A stretch of 61,460 nucleotides of DNA from Acidimicrobiia bacterium. Its GTDB lineage: Bacteria; Actinomycetota; Acidimicrobiia; Spongiisociales; JAENVV01. Within the stretch, counting starts at the first letter, position 1, and every line of letters starts with the position of its first letter. The position numbers were made by a program, and so were the translations under genes. A model generated the notes under the pieces. That model worked only from the letters and a program-made list of their open reading frames with translations, did no database searches and was not told the DNA's origin. The DNA is taken from positions 1 through 61,460 of the forward strand of contig JBFGJH010000014.1 of NCBI GenBank assembly GCA_041577335.1, written 5' to 3'. Positions 10,501 to 20,078 of this stretch are shown one piece after another.

Positions 10501-11127
10501 CTACTTCTTGGCAGACTCGTAGTAGGGATTGTCGCCAGAGGCATGGTCGGTCACGTCGACCACCTCAACGAGCTCGGGAATCGCATCCTTGAGAATCCGC
10601 TCGATTCCCTGGCGGAGCGTGACCGAGGCGAGACCGCAGCCCTGGCACCCACCCATCAACTGGAGATATGCGGTGCCGCCATCCACAGAGACGAGCTGAG
10701 CCGCTCCCCCGTGGCCGGCGATCGACGGATTGACATGGCGTTCCAGCATCACCTGGATCTTGTCGGCGAGCGGGCCTTCCAGATCACCGGGAGCGACTCC
10801 GGTGGGCATTGCCGGGGATGGTGTGTTCGGATTGTCGATCGACAACGCAGGGTGTTCGGGGTCGGAGCCCATCGATATCTGGGCGCCAATCAGGTTGTCG
10901 ACATCCCTTTCGGGGATGATCACGGTCAGATCTCCGTGGATGTCCTTCACATCGGAATCCTGGGCGTCGACCGCTGGCATGAACGAAAGCTCGTATTTGA
11001 ACTGCGGCCCGTTGATGCCCGCGATCTCGAGAAAGAGCGCGAATGGCTCATCGCCGGGCTCGTTGTCCCGGATTTCTATGATCTTGGCGAGCGCGTCGCT
11101 GGTGACGCTGATGATGGATTCGCTCAT
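10501..11127 (-). CDS. nfuA: Fe-S cluster biogenesis protein NfuA (degenerate A-type domain + NifU C-terminal domain)
   Basis: VNPSIAGHGG, GGCQGCG (CxxC), DVTDHASGDNPYY C-terminus. Confidence 0.92.
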   Translation of the reverse strand: MSESIISVTSDALAKIIEIRDNEPGDEPFALFLEIAGINGPQFKYELSFMPAVDAQDSDVKDIHGDLTVIIPERDVDNLIGAQISMGSDPEHPALSIDNPNTPSPAMPTGVAPGDLEGPLADKIQVMLERHVNPSIAGHGGAAQLVSVDGGTAYLQLMGGCQGCGLASVTLRQGIERILKDAIPELVEVVDVTDHASGDNPYYESAKK

Positions 11128-11230
11128 ACGGCGCCATTGTATGCAGGTTTTCGCCTTTTTAGATAGGCAGGCCGACAGAGCGACACAGGTCCGAGGATTG
11201 CAGTCGGTTACTTCATGCGATCATGGCGGC

Positions 11231-12475
11231 GTGCCACGCGTTGCCATCATCTTGCCCACGGATACCTATCGGGCGCGCGACTTCGTGCCGGCCGCACACC
11301 GCCTTGGCGTTGACCTCACGGTCGTATCCGAAAAACGCCAGCTTCTCGCCGACGAGATGGGAGCAGGGTTTCTTCTCGCCGACTGCTCGCAACCGGAGGC
11401 GGCCGTCGAAGCCGTCGTCCGCTTCGCCGAGGTCAACCCAATCGATGCGATCGTCGCCCCCGATGACCAAGGCGTGCTGATCGCTGCCCTCGCCGCCGAA
11501 CGACTCGGCCTCCCGCACAATCCGCCGTTCGCCGTTGCAGCCACCCGAAACAAGGTACAGCTCCGCCGGGCACTGCGCGGCAAGGTGAGACAGCCTCAAT
11601 ATCAGGTTTCCGACGTCACCGGAGATGTCGGGGCGGTGGCTTCTCACGTTCGTTTTCCAGTCGTGCTGAAACCGATTTCGCTGTCGGGAAGCCGAGGCGT
11701 CATCCGCGCCGACACGGTGGAGGAGGCGGTGGCAGCATCGGACCGGATCCGGATCATTCTCACCAAGGCCGGCCGGAACCCCAACGAGCCGATACTCATC
11801 GAGCGCTTCGTGCCGGGCATCGAGGTCGCGCTCGAGGGCATCCTCCGGGATGGCCGGCTGGAGGTTTTGGCCATCATGGACAAGCCTGATCCGCTCAATG
11901 GCCCGTTTTTCGAAGAAACGATCTACGTCACGCCCAGTCGCCTCCACCCGGAGATGCAGGAAGAGGTGATCGGCCTGACCCGGGACGCAGTGGCAGCACT
12001 CGGTTTGGTTCATGGGCCTGTTCACGCCGAGGTGCGAATCGACCGCTCGATGGCAGTTCTCATCGAGCTCGCGGCCCGCCCGATTGGGGGACTGTGCGGC
12101 CGCGCTCTCCAATTCGGTTTGCTCGGAACCACGCTCGAGGAGTTGATACTGGAGTCTGTCCTGGGTCTCACACGCAACGTCGCCGGCCGGGCGCCGGCCA
12201 GCACCGGTGTCATGATGCTCCCCATTCCCGCCACGGGAATCCTCCAGGCAGTCGACGGCATTGCGGAGGCCCAAGGCCAGGCGGGCATCACCTCGGTGGA
12301 GATCACGGCGCCGATCGGAGAGCGGATCGAAGCCCTCCCCGACGGAGACCGCTACCTCGGCTTCATGTTTGCGTCGGCCGACGACCCGGCCGAGACCGAA
12401 GCCGCCCTGCGCAAGGGCTTTGAGCAGCTGACCATCCGCATCGGCGGTGCCCTGGCCGCTCCCGACCCGGTCTAA
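11231..12475 (+). CDS. ATP-grasp domain protein
   Basis: RNKVQLR, FPVVLKPISLSGSRGV, ILIERFVPGIEVALE, HAEVR, LIELAARPIGG. GTG start inferred at 11231. Confidence 0.88.
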   Translation: MPRVAIILPTDTYRARDFVPAAHRLGVDLTVVSEKRQLLADEMGAGFLLADCSQPEAAVEAVVRFAEVNPIDAIVAPDDQGVLIAALAAERLGLPHNPPFAVAATRNKVQLRRALRGKVRQPQYQVSDVTGDVGAVASHVRFPVVLKPISLSGSRGVIRADTVEEAVAASDRIRIILTKAGRNPNEPILIERFVPGIEVALEGILRDGRLEVLAIMDKPDPLNGPFFEETIYVTPSRLHPEMQEEVIGLTRDAVAALGLVHGPVHAEVRIDRSMAVLIELAARPIGGLCGRALQFGLLGTTLEELILESVLGLTRNVAGRAPASTGVMMLPIPATGILQAVDGIAEAQGQAGITSVEITAPIGERIEALPDGDRYLGFMFASADDPAETEAALRKGFEQLTIRIGGALAAPDPV

Positions 12476-12486
12476 CCTGCCGCCCC

Positions 12487-13965
12487 ATGACCAACCGCTT
12501 CGCCGGCATCTTGCTGCATCCCACCTCCCTCGACAGCGATTACGGGATCGGCGACCTCGGCCCAAATGCCTTTCGCTGGATCGATTGGCTGGCTTCCACC
12601 GGTTGCCGGCTGTGGCAGGTTCTCCCATTGGGACCGACCGGCTACGGAGATTCTCCGTATCAGTGCTTTTCCTCGTACGCCGGCAACCCCTATCTCATAA
12701 GCCCAGAGCTCCTCGTGGAAGACGGATTGGTCCACCAGAGCGAACTCGAGAAGGTCCCGGTGGGGCCCGTCGACTATGGCGGATTGGTCGCGCCCCGTTC
12801 GATGCTGCTCGACGCGGCTGTCGCTCGCTTCGAGCCGACTCCTGAGTACACCCACTTTGTCACCGAACAGGGCGACTGGCTCGACGATTTCTCCCTCTTC
12901 ATGGCCATCAAGGAAACGCAGGGACTTCGCTCGTGGATCGAGTGGCCGGAAGGGCTCAGGGATCGACACCCCCAGGAGATCGCCGATGCCCATGATCGCC
13001 TCCAGATGCGTGTGCACGCTCACCGAGTCCGACAATTCCTGTTCTTCCGCCAGTGGCGTCGCCTGGCCGATCGGGCATCCGAGCTGGGACTGCAAATAAT
13101 CGGAGATGTCCCGATCTTCGTCGCCCACGACTCGAGCGACGTGTGGACCAACCGTGAGCTGTTCACGGTGGATCAGTCAGGTCGTCTCGAGACGATGGCG
13201 GGCGTGCCGCCTGATTACTTTTCGCCGACCGGGCAGTTGTGGGGTAACCCGTTGTACCGATGGGATATCCATGACGCAACGGGATACCGCTGGTGGATCA
13301 GCCGCCTCCGGGCCGTGCTCGAGATGGTCGACATCGTTCGCATCGATCATTTCCGCGCGTTCGCCGACTACTGGTCGATCCCTGCCGGCGCCGAGACTGC
13401 CGAAACCGGAGAATGGCGCGCCGGTCCGGGCGATGATTTCTTTGCCGGCATCCGATCGGCGTTCGACCACCTTCCCATCATCGCCGAGGACCTCGGGGAC
13501 CTCTCGCCTGCGGTCGGCGAGCTGCGCGACCGGCTGGGGTTGCCCGGAATGAAGATCCTGCAATTTGCCTTCGACGGCGATCCCACCAATCCCTTTTTGC
13601 CGGAGCTCTATCCAACCAACTGCGTTGTCTATACAGGGACCCACGACAACGAGACGGTTCGGGGGTGGTTCGAGAACGCCTCCGAAGCTGAGCGACGGGC
13701 GGCTCTGGAGCAAGTGGGCGGTGACGGCACCGACTTCGGCAGGCGCATGATCGGGACGGCCTGGCACAGTCGTGCAGACTATGCAGTTGCCCCGCTACAA
13801 GACTTCTTGGGGCTCGGCAATGAGGGAAGAATGAACACACCAGGCGTTCCCGATGGCAATTGGAGATGGCGATTCACCCCAGGCAGTCTCACGTCCAGCC
13901 TCGCCGAGGAGATACGCCGGCTCAACGCCTCCGCCGGACGCTTGGGTCCACAAGCCGCCGCCTAG
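12487..13965 (+). CDS. malQ: 4-alpha-glucanotransferase (amylomaltase, GH77)
   Basis: GILLHPTSL, WQVLPLGP, GVPPDYFS, WGNPLY, RIDHFR, IAEDLG, YTGTHDN, MNTPG. Confidence 0.97.
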   Translation: MTNRFAGILLHPTSLDSDYGIGDLGPNAFRWIDWLASTGCRLWQVLPLGPTGYGDSPYQCFSSYAGNPYLISPELLVEDGLVHQSELEKVPVGPVDYGGLVAPRSMLLDAAVARFEPTPEYTHFVTEQGDWLDDFSLFMAIKETQGLRSWIEWPEGLRDRHPQEIADAHDRLQMRVHAHRVRQFLFFRQWRRLADRASELGLQIIGDVPIFVAHDSSDVWTNRELFTVDQSGRLETMAGVPPDYFSPTGQLWGNPLYRWDIHDATGYRWWISRLRAVLEMVDIVRIDHFRAFADYWSIPAGAETAETGEWRAGPGDDFFAGIRSAFDHLPIIAEDLGDLSPAVGELRDRLGLPGMKILQFAFDGDPTNPFLPELYPTNCVVYTGTHDNETVRGWFENASEAERRAALEQVGGDGTDFGRRMIGTAWHSRADYAVAPLQDFLGLGNEGRMNTPGVPDGNWRWRFTPGSLTSSLAEEIRRLNASAGRLGPQAAA

Positions 13966-15044
13966 AGCGCCAGCACGCCCTGGATTTCTTCCATCCGCCG
14001 GATTCGCCGCTTGGTGACCTCGGATGATCCATCGAGCAGAGCCGCGGTCTCGTCGAGCATCTGGGGAATCGGGAAGAGACGGACCATTGGATCAGACGTC
14101 GGTTTTCCACCCTCGACCGTCGTTCGCCACGCCGTCATCACGTCATTCTCACCGTTGAGGAGCGCCTCCACAGCAACGAGGCCCACCCTTCCGGCCAGCA
14201 TCCGATCATGAAATGATGGAGCCCCCCCTCGTACGATGTGTCCCAAGACGGTTGCTCGCACGTCGATGTCCTGATACGCCAGCCGTAGCTGGAGGGCATC
14301 CACCAGCTCCTGCGTTGGTAGCGCGACACCCTCAGCTTTGATGATCAGCACCTTCCGCTTACGGCGGGCAGTAGCGAGACTCGACTCGATCACGTTCGCC
14401 ACTGCGGCGATGACCTCGTCGTTGGTCCGTTGCTGCTCGGGGAGCAGAACGGCGTCCGCCGCAGCGGCCACGGCACTGGCCATGGCCAAATACCCGCTCT
14501 GACGTCCCATGACCTCCACGATGAACGCCCGTTTCAATGCCCGGGCCGTGTCAGATATGCGATCGCACGCCTCGACGATGGTATTGAGAGCGGTGTCGAC
14601 GCCAATGGCATCCGACGTGCAACCGATGTCGTTGTCGATCGAAGCCGGGATCGCAACGACGGGTATCGAGGCCCCCTCCGCGAAGGCGTGGGCGCCGGCA
14701 ATGGATCCGTTGCCCCCGATGACCACCAAACCCTTGGCCCCGAGGCTCAACATCTGGTGCTCGGCTTCCTGCCGGCCCGTAACCTCCATGAATCGTGCGC
14801 TGCGGGCGGTGCCGAGCATCGTCCCGCCGCTGTTGCCCAAATCCTGAAGCTCACCCACGGGCGCCAGCCCGCCCGTCACGGATCGGGTCAAGTTGCGGAC
14901 GTGGCCAGCGATGAGTCCGTCGTAGCCGCGTTCGATGCCCAATACACGCACATCGCGCGCTGCCGCGACCTTGACAACAGCACGAACCGCAGCATTCATG
15001 CCCGGGGCATCCCCTCCCGATGTCAAGACTGCGATAGTGTCCAC
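13962..15044 (-). CDS. pfkA: ATP-dependent 6-phosphofructokinase
   Basis: LTSGGDAPGMNAAVR, GGTMLGTAR, IGGNGS, PASIDNDI, VEVMGR, LGHIVRGG. GTG start at 15044 follows TATGCT by 7 nt (alternative ATG at 15056). Confidence 0.95.
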   Translation of the reverse strand: MDTIAVLTSGGDAPGMNAAVRAVVKVAAARDVRVLGIERGYDGLIAGHVRNLTRSVTGGLAPVGELQDLGNSGGTMLGTARSARFMEVTGRQEAEHQMLSLGAKGLVVIGGNGSIAGAHAFAEGASIPVVAIPASIDNDIGCTSDAIGVDTALNTIVEACDRISDTARALKRAFIVEVMGRQSGYLAMASAVAAAADAVLLPEQQRTNDEVIAAVANVIESSLATARRKRKVLIIKAEGVALPTQELVDALQLRLAYQDIDVRATVLGHIVRGGAPSFHDRMLAGRVGLVAVEALLNGENDVMTAWRTTVEGGKPTSDPMVRLFPIPQMLDETAALLDGSSEVTKRRIRRMEEIQGVLAL

Positions 15045-15080
15045 GAGTGGGAGCATAAACCCGGCGCGGCTCGCGCCGCG

Positions 15081-16373
15081 ATGACGCAGCAACGTCGTCA
15101 CCACCGAGGAGGGTCTATCAAACATCTTGTCGTACTCGCCTTGGCTGTAGCCGCATGCACCGCTGCGCCGACTACGACAGCCCCTCCGGACACCACTCCA
15201 GCTGCAACCACAACCGCGGCTGCCACGACCACCACACGCCTCACGGCAGTTGATTTCGAAACCGAGATCGATCTCGCTCAGGTTCCTGGACGCATCGTGG
15301 TTTCCGGCGATGTGACGTATGTGGTCGACTCCTTGGGGAATGGACGGGTTGAGATCCCGGACGCCGCCGGGACGTCGCAACCGACCTGGTCTCCCGACGG
15401 CTCCACCATTGCGTTTTCGGCGTTCGGCGACGGGTCTCCGGTCGTCGGCGTGTCGCAGCCCGGCGCCGAGTCGACATTTGTCGCCGCTCCGTTCCTGCCC
15501 TTCTACTTCCACTGGAGCCCAGACGGATCGCATCTCGCATTCCTCGGCAATGGGCCGAGCGGCTTCGTCGAGCTCGGCCTCCTCGATGCTGCTGCGTTGT
15601 CTGCCAAGAGCGTGGATCTCGGGACGCCCTACTACTTCGACTGGTCCCCCGACAGCGATCGCCTCTTCAGCCATGCCGGCGCCGGCGACACCCGGTTGGT
15701 GCTGATCACGGGTGATGTACTGGACGTCGATGACAACGCCGGGCTCTATCAAGCACCGCAATGGACCGAGGGAGGGGTCGTACAGCTCATCACCATGCCG
15801 GCCACCATCTCGGCGAGGGGCCTCCGCTTTGCCCGCCAGGACAACGACCAGGCCATCGTTGTTGGGCCGCCGGAGGGCGAATTCGAACGCCTCGTCCCGA
15901 TCGAGACCGTGAGCGCCTTCGATTACAACGGTCGCGATCTGGCATTCACCGACAGTGCCGGCCCGACGCCGATCATCCGCGGCCCGCTCATGGTGGCGAG
16001 TGACGGAGAGATCATGGTGGTGACGAACGAGCCCGTGATCGCCTTCGAGTGGAGTCCTGACGGGCGGCGCCTGCTGTTCCTCGAGGTGGCGGGCACCGGT
16101 GCGACTCCCGAAGCTCGGTGGGTGGTTTGGGAGCGGGGAGAGCAAATTGCTTTCGACACCATCACACCGTCGGTGGCGTCACTGGGCACCTACTTTCCGT
16201 TCTGGGACCAATACGCCCGTAGCCTCACGCTGTGGTCACCCGATGGCCGGGCCTTTGTCTATGCGGAGCTCGACTTGGCAACCGGAACCTCGTCGGTGTT
16301 TGTGCAACCGGTGCAATCGGGCGCTGCGCCTCAGGTGCTCGGCGACGGAGATTGGGCATCATGGTCGAGCTGA
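15081..16373 (+). CDS. TolB-like (PD40/WSPDG beta-propeller) lipoprotein
   Basis: Lipobox VAAC, Thr/Pro/Ala linker, five WSPD(G) repeats. Start uncertain. Confidence 0.8.
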   Translation: MTQQRRHHRGGSIKHLVVLALAVAACTAAPTTTAPPDTTPAATTTAAATTTTRLTAVDFETEIDLAQVPGRIVVSGDVTYVVDSLGNGRVEIPDAAGTSQPTWSPDGSTIAFSAFGDGSPVVGVSQPGAESTFVAAPFLPFYFHWSPDGSHLAFLGNGPSGFVELGLLDAAALSAKSVDLGTPYYFDWSPDSDRLFSHAGAGDTRLVLITGDVLDVDDNAGLYQAPQWTEGGVVQLITMPATISARGLRFARQDNDQAIVVGPPEGEFERLVPIETVSAFDYNGRDLAFTDSAGPTPIIRGPLMVASDGEIMVVTNEPVIAFEWSPDGRRLLFLEVAGTGATPEARWVVWERGEQIAFDTITPSVASLGTYFPFWDQYARSLTLWSPDGRAFVYAELDLATGTSSVFVQPVQSGAAPQVLGDGDWASWSS

Positions 16374-17020
16374 GCGCGCCTGAGCCCGACGCGGTCGTCG
16401 TGCTGGCGGGAGGCGATCCCGTCGATCCGGCCATCGCCGACGATCTACCCTCGCCGGCATTCGTGGTGGCAGCAGACTCGGGCTTGCACCAGGCAGACCG
16501 CCTCGGCCTCGAGGTGGACCTCATCGTCGGCGACCTCGATTCCGTTTCCGCCGCCGCATTGGCGAGAGTCGAGGGTATTCCCATCGAACAGCATCCCATC
16601 GACAAGAGCCACACCGACTTGGAGCTGGCCCTCGATGCTGCTCGGAGGCTTGACGTCGGTCGACTCGTGGTGGTCGGCGGCGGCGGTGGTCGCCTCGATC
16701 ATTTGCTCGTCAACGCCGCCGTGCTTCGCAATCCGCGGCTGGCGCACATGCGAATCGAGTGGTTTGCCGGCCAGGCGCACACCTATGTCGTACGCTCAGA
16801 GCAGACGCTCCACGGCGCTCCTGGCGACCTCGTGTCGCTCTTGGCCGTCGACGGGCCGGCAACGGGCGTGCGCACCTTGGGCCTCCGATGGGAGCTCACC
16901 GGAGCCACGCTCGAGCCAACCTCGGGTCAGGGTCTCTCCAACGTATTTGAAAAGCCGGTCGCGCGCGTGAGTGTGGAACTGGGCGTGCTGCTCGTCATCC
17001 TCCCGGCCGGGGGCAGTTGA
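16361..17020 (+). CDS. thiN: Thiamine diphosphokinase
   Basis: VAADSG, IVGDLDSV, DKSHTDLELAL, GGRLDH, GLRWEL, GLSN. Confidence 0.95.
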   Translation: MVELSAPEPDAVVVLAGGDPVDPAIADDLPSPAFVVAADSGLHQADRLGLEVDLIVGDLDSVSAAALARVEGIPIEQHPIDKSHTDLELALDAARRLDVGRLVVVGGGGGRLDHLLVNAAVLRNPRLAHMRIEWFAGQAHTYVVRSEQTLHGAPGDLVSLLAVDGPATGVRTLGLRWELTGATLEPTSGQGLSNVFEKPVARVSVELGVLLVILPAGGS

Positions 17021-17026
17021 CGGCGC

Positions 17027-18211
17027 TCAGGAGCGGGCAACCTCGTTCCAAGGGATGTCTTTGTCCACCCTTGGTTCCCCCGGCAGTCCCAGCACTCTTT
17101 CACCGAGGATGTTTCGCATGACTTCTGACGTGCCACCTTCAATCGAGTTGGCCCGCGCCCGAAGGAAACTTCGCTGACGCTCGGTCGCAGACAGGCCCGC
17201 CTCGGAGGGCCGCGCCATCGTGTACCCGCCCGGCAGGAGCATGCCGTCTGCCCCCAGCAGCTCCATCGTGAACTCCGTGATCTTCTTGTTGAGGTCCGCC
17301 CACTGCAACTTGCCGGTCGAGCCCTCGGGGCCGGGAGTCCCCATGCGGCGGTTGTCGGATGCTCGCATGTTGGTGAGGCGCATCGCTTCGGCCTCACACC
17401 AGAGGCGCATCAACTTGTCACGCTTGACACGATTGTCGTGCCCGTACTCCCGATACACCGCCACAGCTTCGCCGATGGCGCCTGAGCCGCGAGGAGTCAC
17501 ATTCGATCCGATCGCCACTCGTTCATTCATGAGCGTCGTCAGCGCAACGCGCCAACCGTCGCCGACATCGCCGATCCGGTTGGCGTCGGGGATTCGCACA
17601 TCCGTGAAGTACACCTCATTGAACTCTGCTTCACCCGTGATCTGATAGAGCGGCCGCACCTCCACGCCGGGAGACTCCATGTCGACGACGAAATAGGTGA
17701 GGCCGCGGTGCTTGGGCACCGAGGGATCAGTCCGTGCCACCAGCATGCCCCACTTGGATACGTGGGCGAGGGTCGTCCACACTTTTTGGCCGTTCACCAC
17801 CCACTCGTCGCCATCTTTCTGGGCTCTCGTGGAGAGGCCGGCGACGTCAGAGCCCGACCCGGGCTCTGAGAACATCTGGCACCAGATCTCCTCGGCCGTG
17901 AACATGGGCCGCAGCCATCGATCCATCTGCTCGTCAGTGCCGTGGGCAGCCAAGACCGGCCCGCCCATGCCGATGCCGAGGAGGTTCTGCGAGTAGTTGG
18001 CGAGCGAGGCACCGGCGTCGCGAAGCCGACGGAGAATCATCGTGCGGTGCCTCGGGCTGAGGCCGAGACCCCCCTTTCCTTCAGGGAACTCCACCCAAGC
18101 CAGCCCTGCGTCGAACATTGCCCCCCACAGGTCGGGACCCGATCGGGCTGTGGTCGAGCTGAGCAGCTCATCGATCGCTGCTTCGATCTGTGTTGCCTCT
18201 CCGTCACTCAT
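17027..18211 (-). CDS. Acyl-CoA dehydrogenase family protein
   Basis: WCQMFSEPGSGSD, VNGQKVWT, EFNEVYF, TTLMNER, SIEGGTSEVMRNILGERVLGLP. Confidence 0.96.
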   Translation of the reverse strand: MSDGEATQIEAAIDELLSSTTARSGPDLWGAMFDAGLAWVEFPEGKGGLGLSPRHRTMILRRLRDAGASLANYSQNLLGIGMGGPVLAAHGTDEQMDRWLRPMFTAEEIWCQMFSEPGSGSDVAGLSTRAQKDGDEWVVNGQKVWTTLAHVSKWGMLVARTDPSVPKHRGLTYFVVDMESPGVEVRPLYQITGEAEFNEVYFTDVRIPDANRIGDVGDGWRVALTTLMNERVAIGSNVTPRGSGAIGEAVAVYREYGHDNRVKRDKLMRLWCEAEAMRLTNMRASDNRRMGTPGPEGSTGKLQWADLNKKITEFTMELLGADGMLLPGGYTMARPSEAGLSATERQRSFLRARANSIEGGTSEVMRNILGERVLGLPGEPRVDKDIPWNEVARS

Positions 18212-19070
18212 CGAGTTTCCCCTTCACGCTCAGCGCGGCATTGGAGAGGACCGGCGTCTGGCGCTCTTTGGTTGCCACGCTGAGAAGGTAGGTGTCCCCG
18301 TCCTTCCAGACGGAGGTCACCAACGTCTCGCCCGGGAAGACCGGCCCGGTGAACCGGCCTTGATACCGCTCGACCCTGGTGACCTCTCCACCCAGCACCC
18401 CGTCGACAACGGCCTTGCAGGCGATGCCGAACGAGCACAATCCGTGGAGGATGGGCCGGTCGAACCCACCGAGGGCCGCAAAGTTGGGATCGGCGTGAAG
18501 GGGGTTCTTGTCACCCGACAGGCGATAGAGCAGCGCTTGTTGCGGCAAGGTTTCGGACTCCACGGTGAGGTCTGGCTCCCGCTCAGGGGCGACATTGCGA
18601 GCGGTCGGGCCGCCCGGGCCGCCAAACCCGCCTTCGCCTCTCAGGAAGACGCTGTAGCGGTTCGTGAACAGACGATCGTTGTTCTCGTCGGTGGTGACCA
18701 CCTCGAGAACGACCAGCGCTCCCTTTCCTTTGTCCCAAATCTCAACGACGGAGCCGCGATGGCTGACGGTGGCGGCCGTGGGGAGCGGCCGGTGGACATG
18801 GAGATCCTGCTCGCCGTGCAACAACATGGCGAAGTTGAAGTCCAAACCGTCGACACTGCCGAGGTGTGCGATCAACTCGAATGGCAGGGTCGTTGCATAC
18901 GTAGGAAGCACCTTCAGGTTTGCCTCGTAGCAATAGGAGAGCTCTGCCGGGTCGGTGGGAGCGGCTCCGGCTCCGACGCCCAGGTGGTAGAGGATCACAT
19001 CGTTCTCCGCCCAGCTGCTGGTGGACTCGGGCAGTACGGCACCGAGCGCGCGGTCACGGTCGATTGGCAT
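18204..19070 (-). CDS. MaoC/PaaZ-type (R)-specific enoyl-CoA hydratase (hydratase 2)
   Basis: LLHGEQ and hydratase-2 motif YRLSGDKNPLHADP...PILHGLCSFG; PVFPGETL. Confidence 0.93.
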   Translation of the reverse strand: MPIDRDRALGAVLPESTSSWAENDVILYHLGVGAGAAPTDPAELSYCYEANLKVLPTYATTLPFELIAHLGSVDGLDFNFAMLLHGEQDLHVHRPLPTAATVSHRGSVVEIWDKGKGALVVLEVVTTDENNDRLFTNRYSVFLRGEGGFGGPGGPTARNVAPEREPDLTVESETLPQQALLYRLSGDKNPLHADPNFAALGGFDRPILHGLCSFGIACKAVVDGVLGGEVTRVERYQGRFTGPVFPGETLVTSVWKDGDTYLLSVATKERQTPVLSNAALSVKGKLDE

Positions 19071-19072
19071 GG

Positions 19073-19978
19073 CTATCCCTGCATGGCGCCGAACAGCAGC
19101 GCCATCTCTTCCGTGTTGTTCATGGGAACGATGTATTCGGAGACATCGCGGATCGTGTCCATATGTTCGGCGACGTCTTCCACAGAGGGAACCATCCCGG
19201 CACCTGAGAACCAACCTTGGTTGACGCCCGTGAAGATCCGTGCGAATCGCCCTCCCCCGACCGAGAACACCTCGTGGGTGAGCTCACATGCCCGAGACGC
19301 CAGGAATACGACCAAGGGAGTGACCTGTTCGGCGAGCACCATGTCGGCCATCGGCCCGAGCAAGTCTTCGGTCATCCGCGTCTTGGCCACCGGGGCGATG
19401 GCGTTGGCCTTGATGTTGTATTTGGCGCCTTCGATGGCGATCACGTTCATCATCCCGACCAGGCCTGCTTTGGCGGCGCCGTAGTTGACTTGACCGAAGT
19501 TGCCGAAGAGACCCGACGGTGACGACGTGTTGACGATGCGTCCGTAGCCCGCTTCTTTCATCGCAGCGAAGGCCGGCTGCGTGACGTAGAAGGCGCCTTT
19601 GAGATGCACGTCGATCACGGCATCGATCTCGGCGGTCGTCATCTTTGCGAACGATGCGTCTCTGAGGATACCGGCGTTGTTGATGAGCACATCGATCCTG
19701 CCGAACGAGTCGAGCGCTGTGGCGACAATGCCTCGGCCGCCCTCCTCGCTCGCTACCGAGTCGTAGTTGGCGACGGCCTCACCACCGGCGGTTTCGATCT
19801 CATCGACCACCAGATCGGCGGCGGCGCTTCCTCCGCCGCTGCCGTCGACAGCGCCACCGAGGTCGTTGACGACCACTTTGGCGCCGCGCCGAGCCAGTTC
19901 GAGGGCGTAGGTCTTGCCGAGGCCGCCACCGGCTCCGGTGATGACGGCGACCTGCTCGTCAAAGACAATGTCGGACAT
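19073..19978 (-). CDS. SDR oxidoreductase, (3R)-hydroxyacyl-CoA dehydrogenase-like (MFE-2 N-terminal type)
   Basis: TGAGGGLG, VVVNDLGG, NNAGILRD, GNFGQVNYGAAK (YxxxK). Confidence 0.93.
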   Translation of the reverse strand: MSDIVFDEQVAVITGAGGGLGKTYALELARRGAKVVVNDLGGAVDGSGGGSAAADLVVDEIETAGGEAVANYDSVASEEGGRGIVATALDSFGRIDVLINNAGILRDASFAKMTTAEIDAVIDVHLKGAFYVTQPAFAAMKEAGYGRIVNTSSPSGLFGNFGQVNYGAAKAGLVGMMNVIAIEGAKYNIKANAIAPVAKTRMTEDLLGPMADMVLAEQVTPLVVFLASRACELTHEVFSVGGGRFARIFTGVNQGWFSGAGMVPSVEDVAEHMDTIRDVSEYIVPMNNTEEMALLFGAMQG

Positions 19979-20078
19979 TCCAAGCTCCAAGACAGTCGAG
20001 GTTGTGTTTCGACGAGGATCCTAGCGCCGGACGACAGCTTGTTAACCGCCGTTCACACGATGGTCAACGCAGCCGGAC

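Noticed and set aside
13962..16145. 727-aa ORF as an N-terminally extended or fused PfkA
   Set aside because: The extension is the antisense of the TolB-like lipoprotein gene; the PFK domain starts at 15044 behind its own -10 box.
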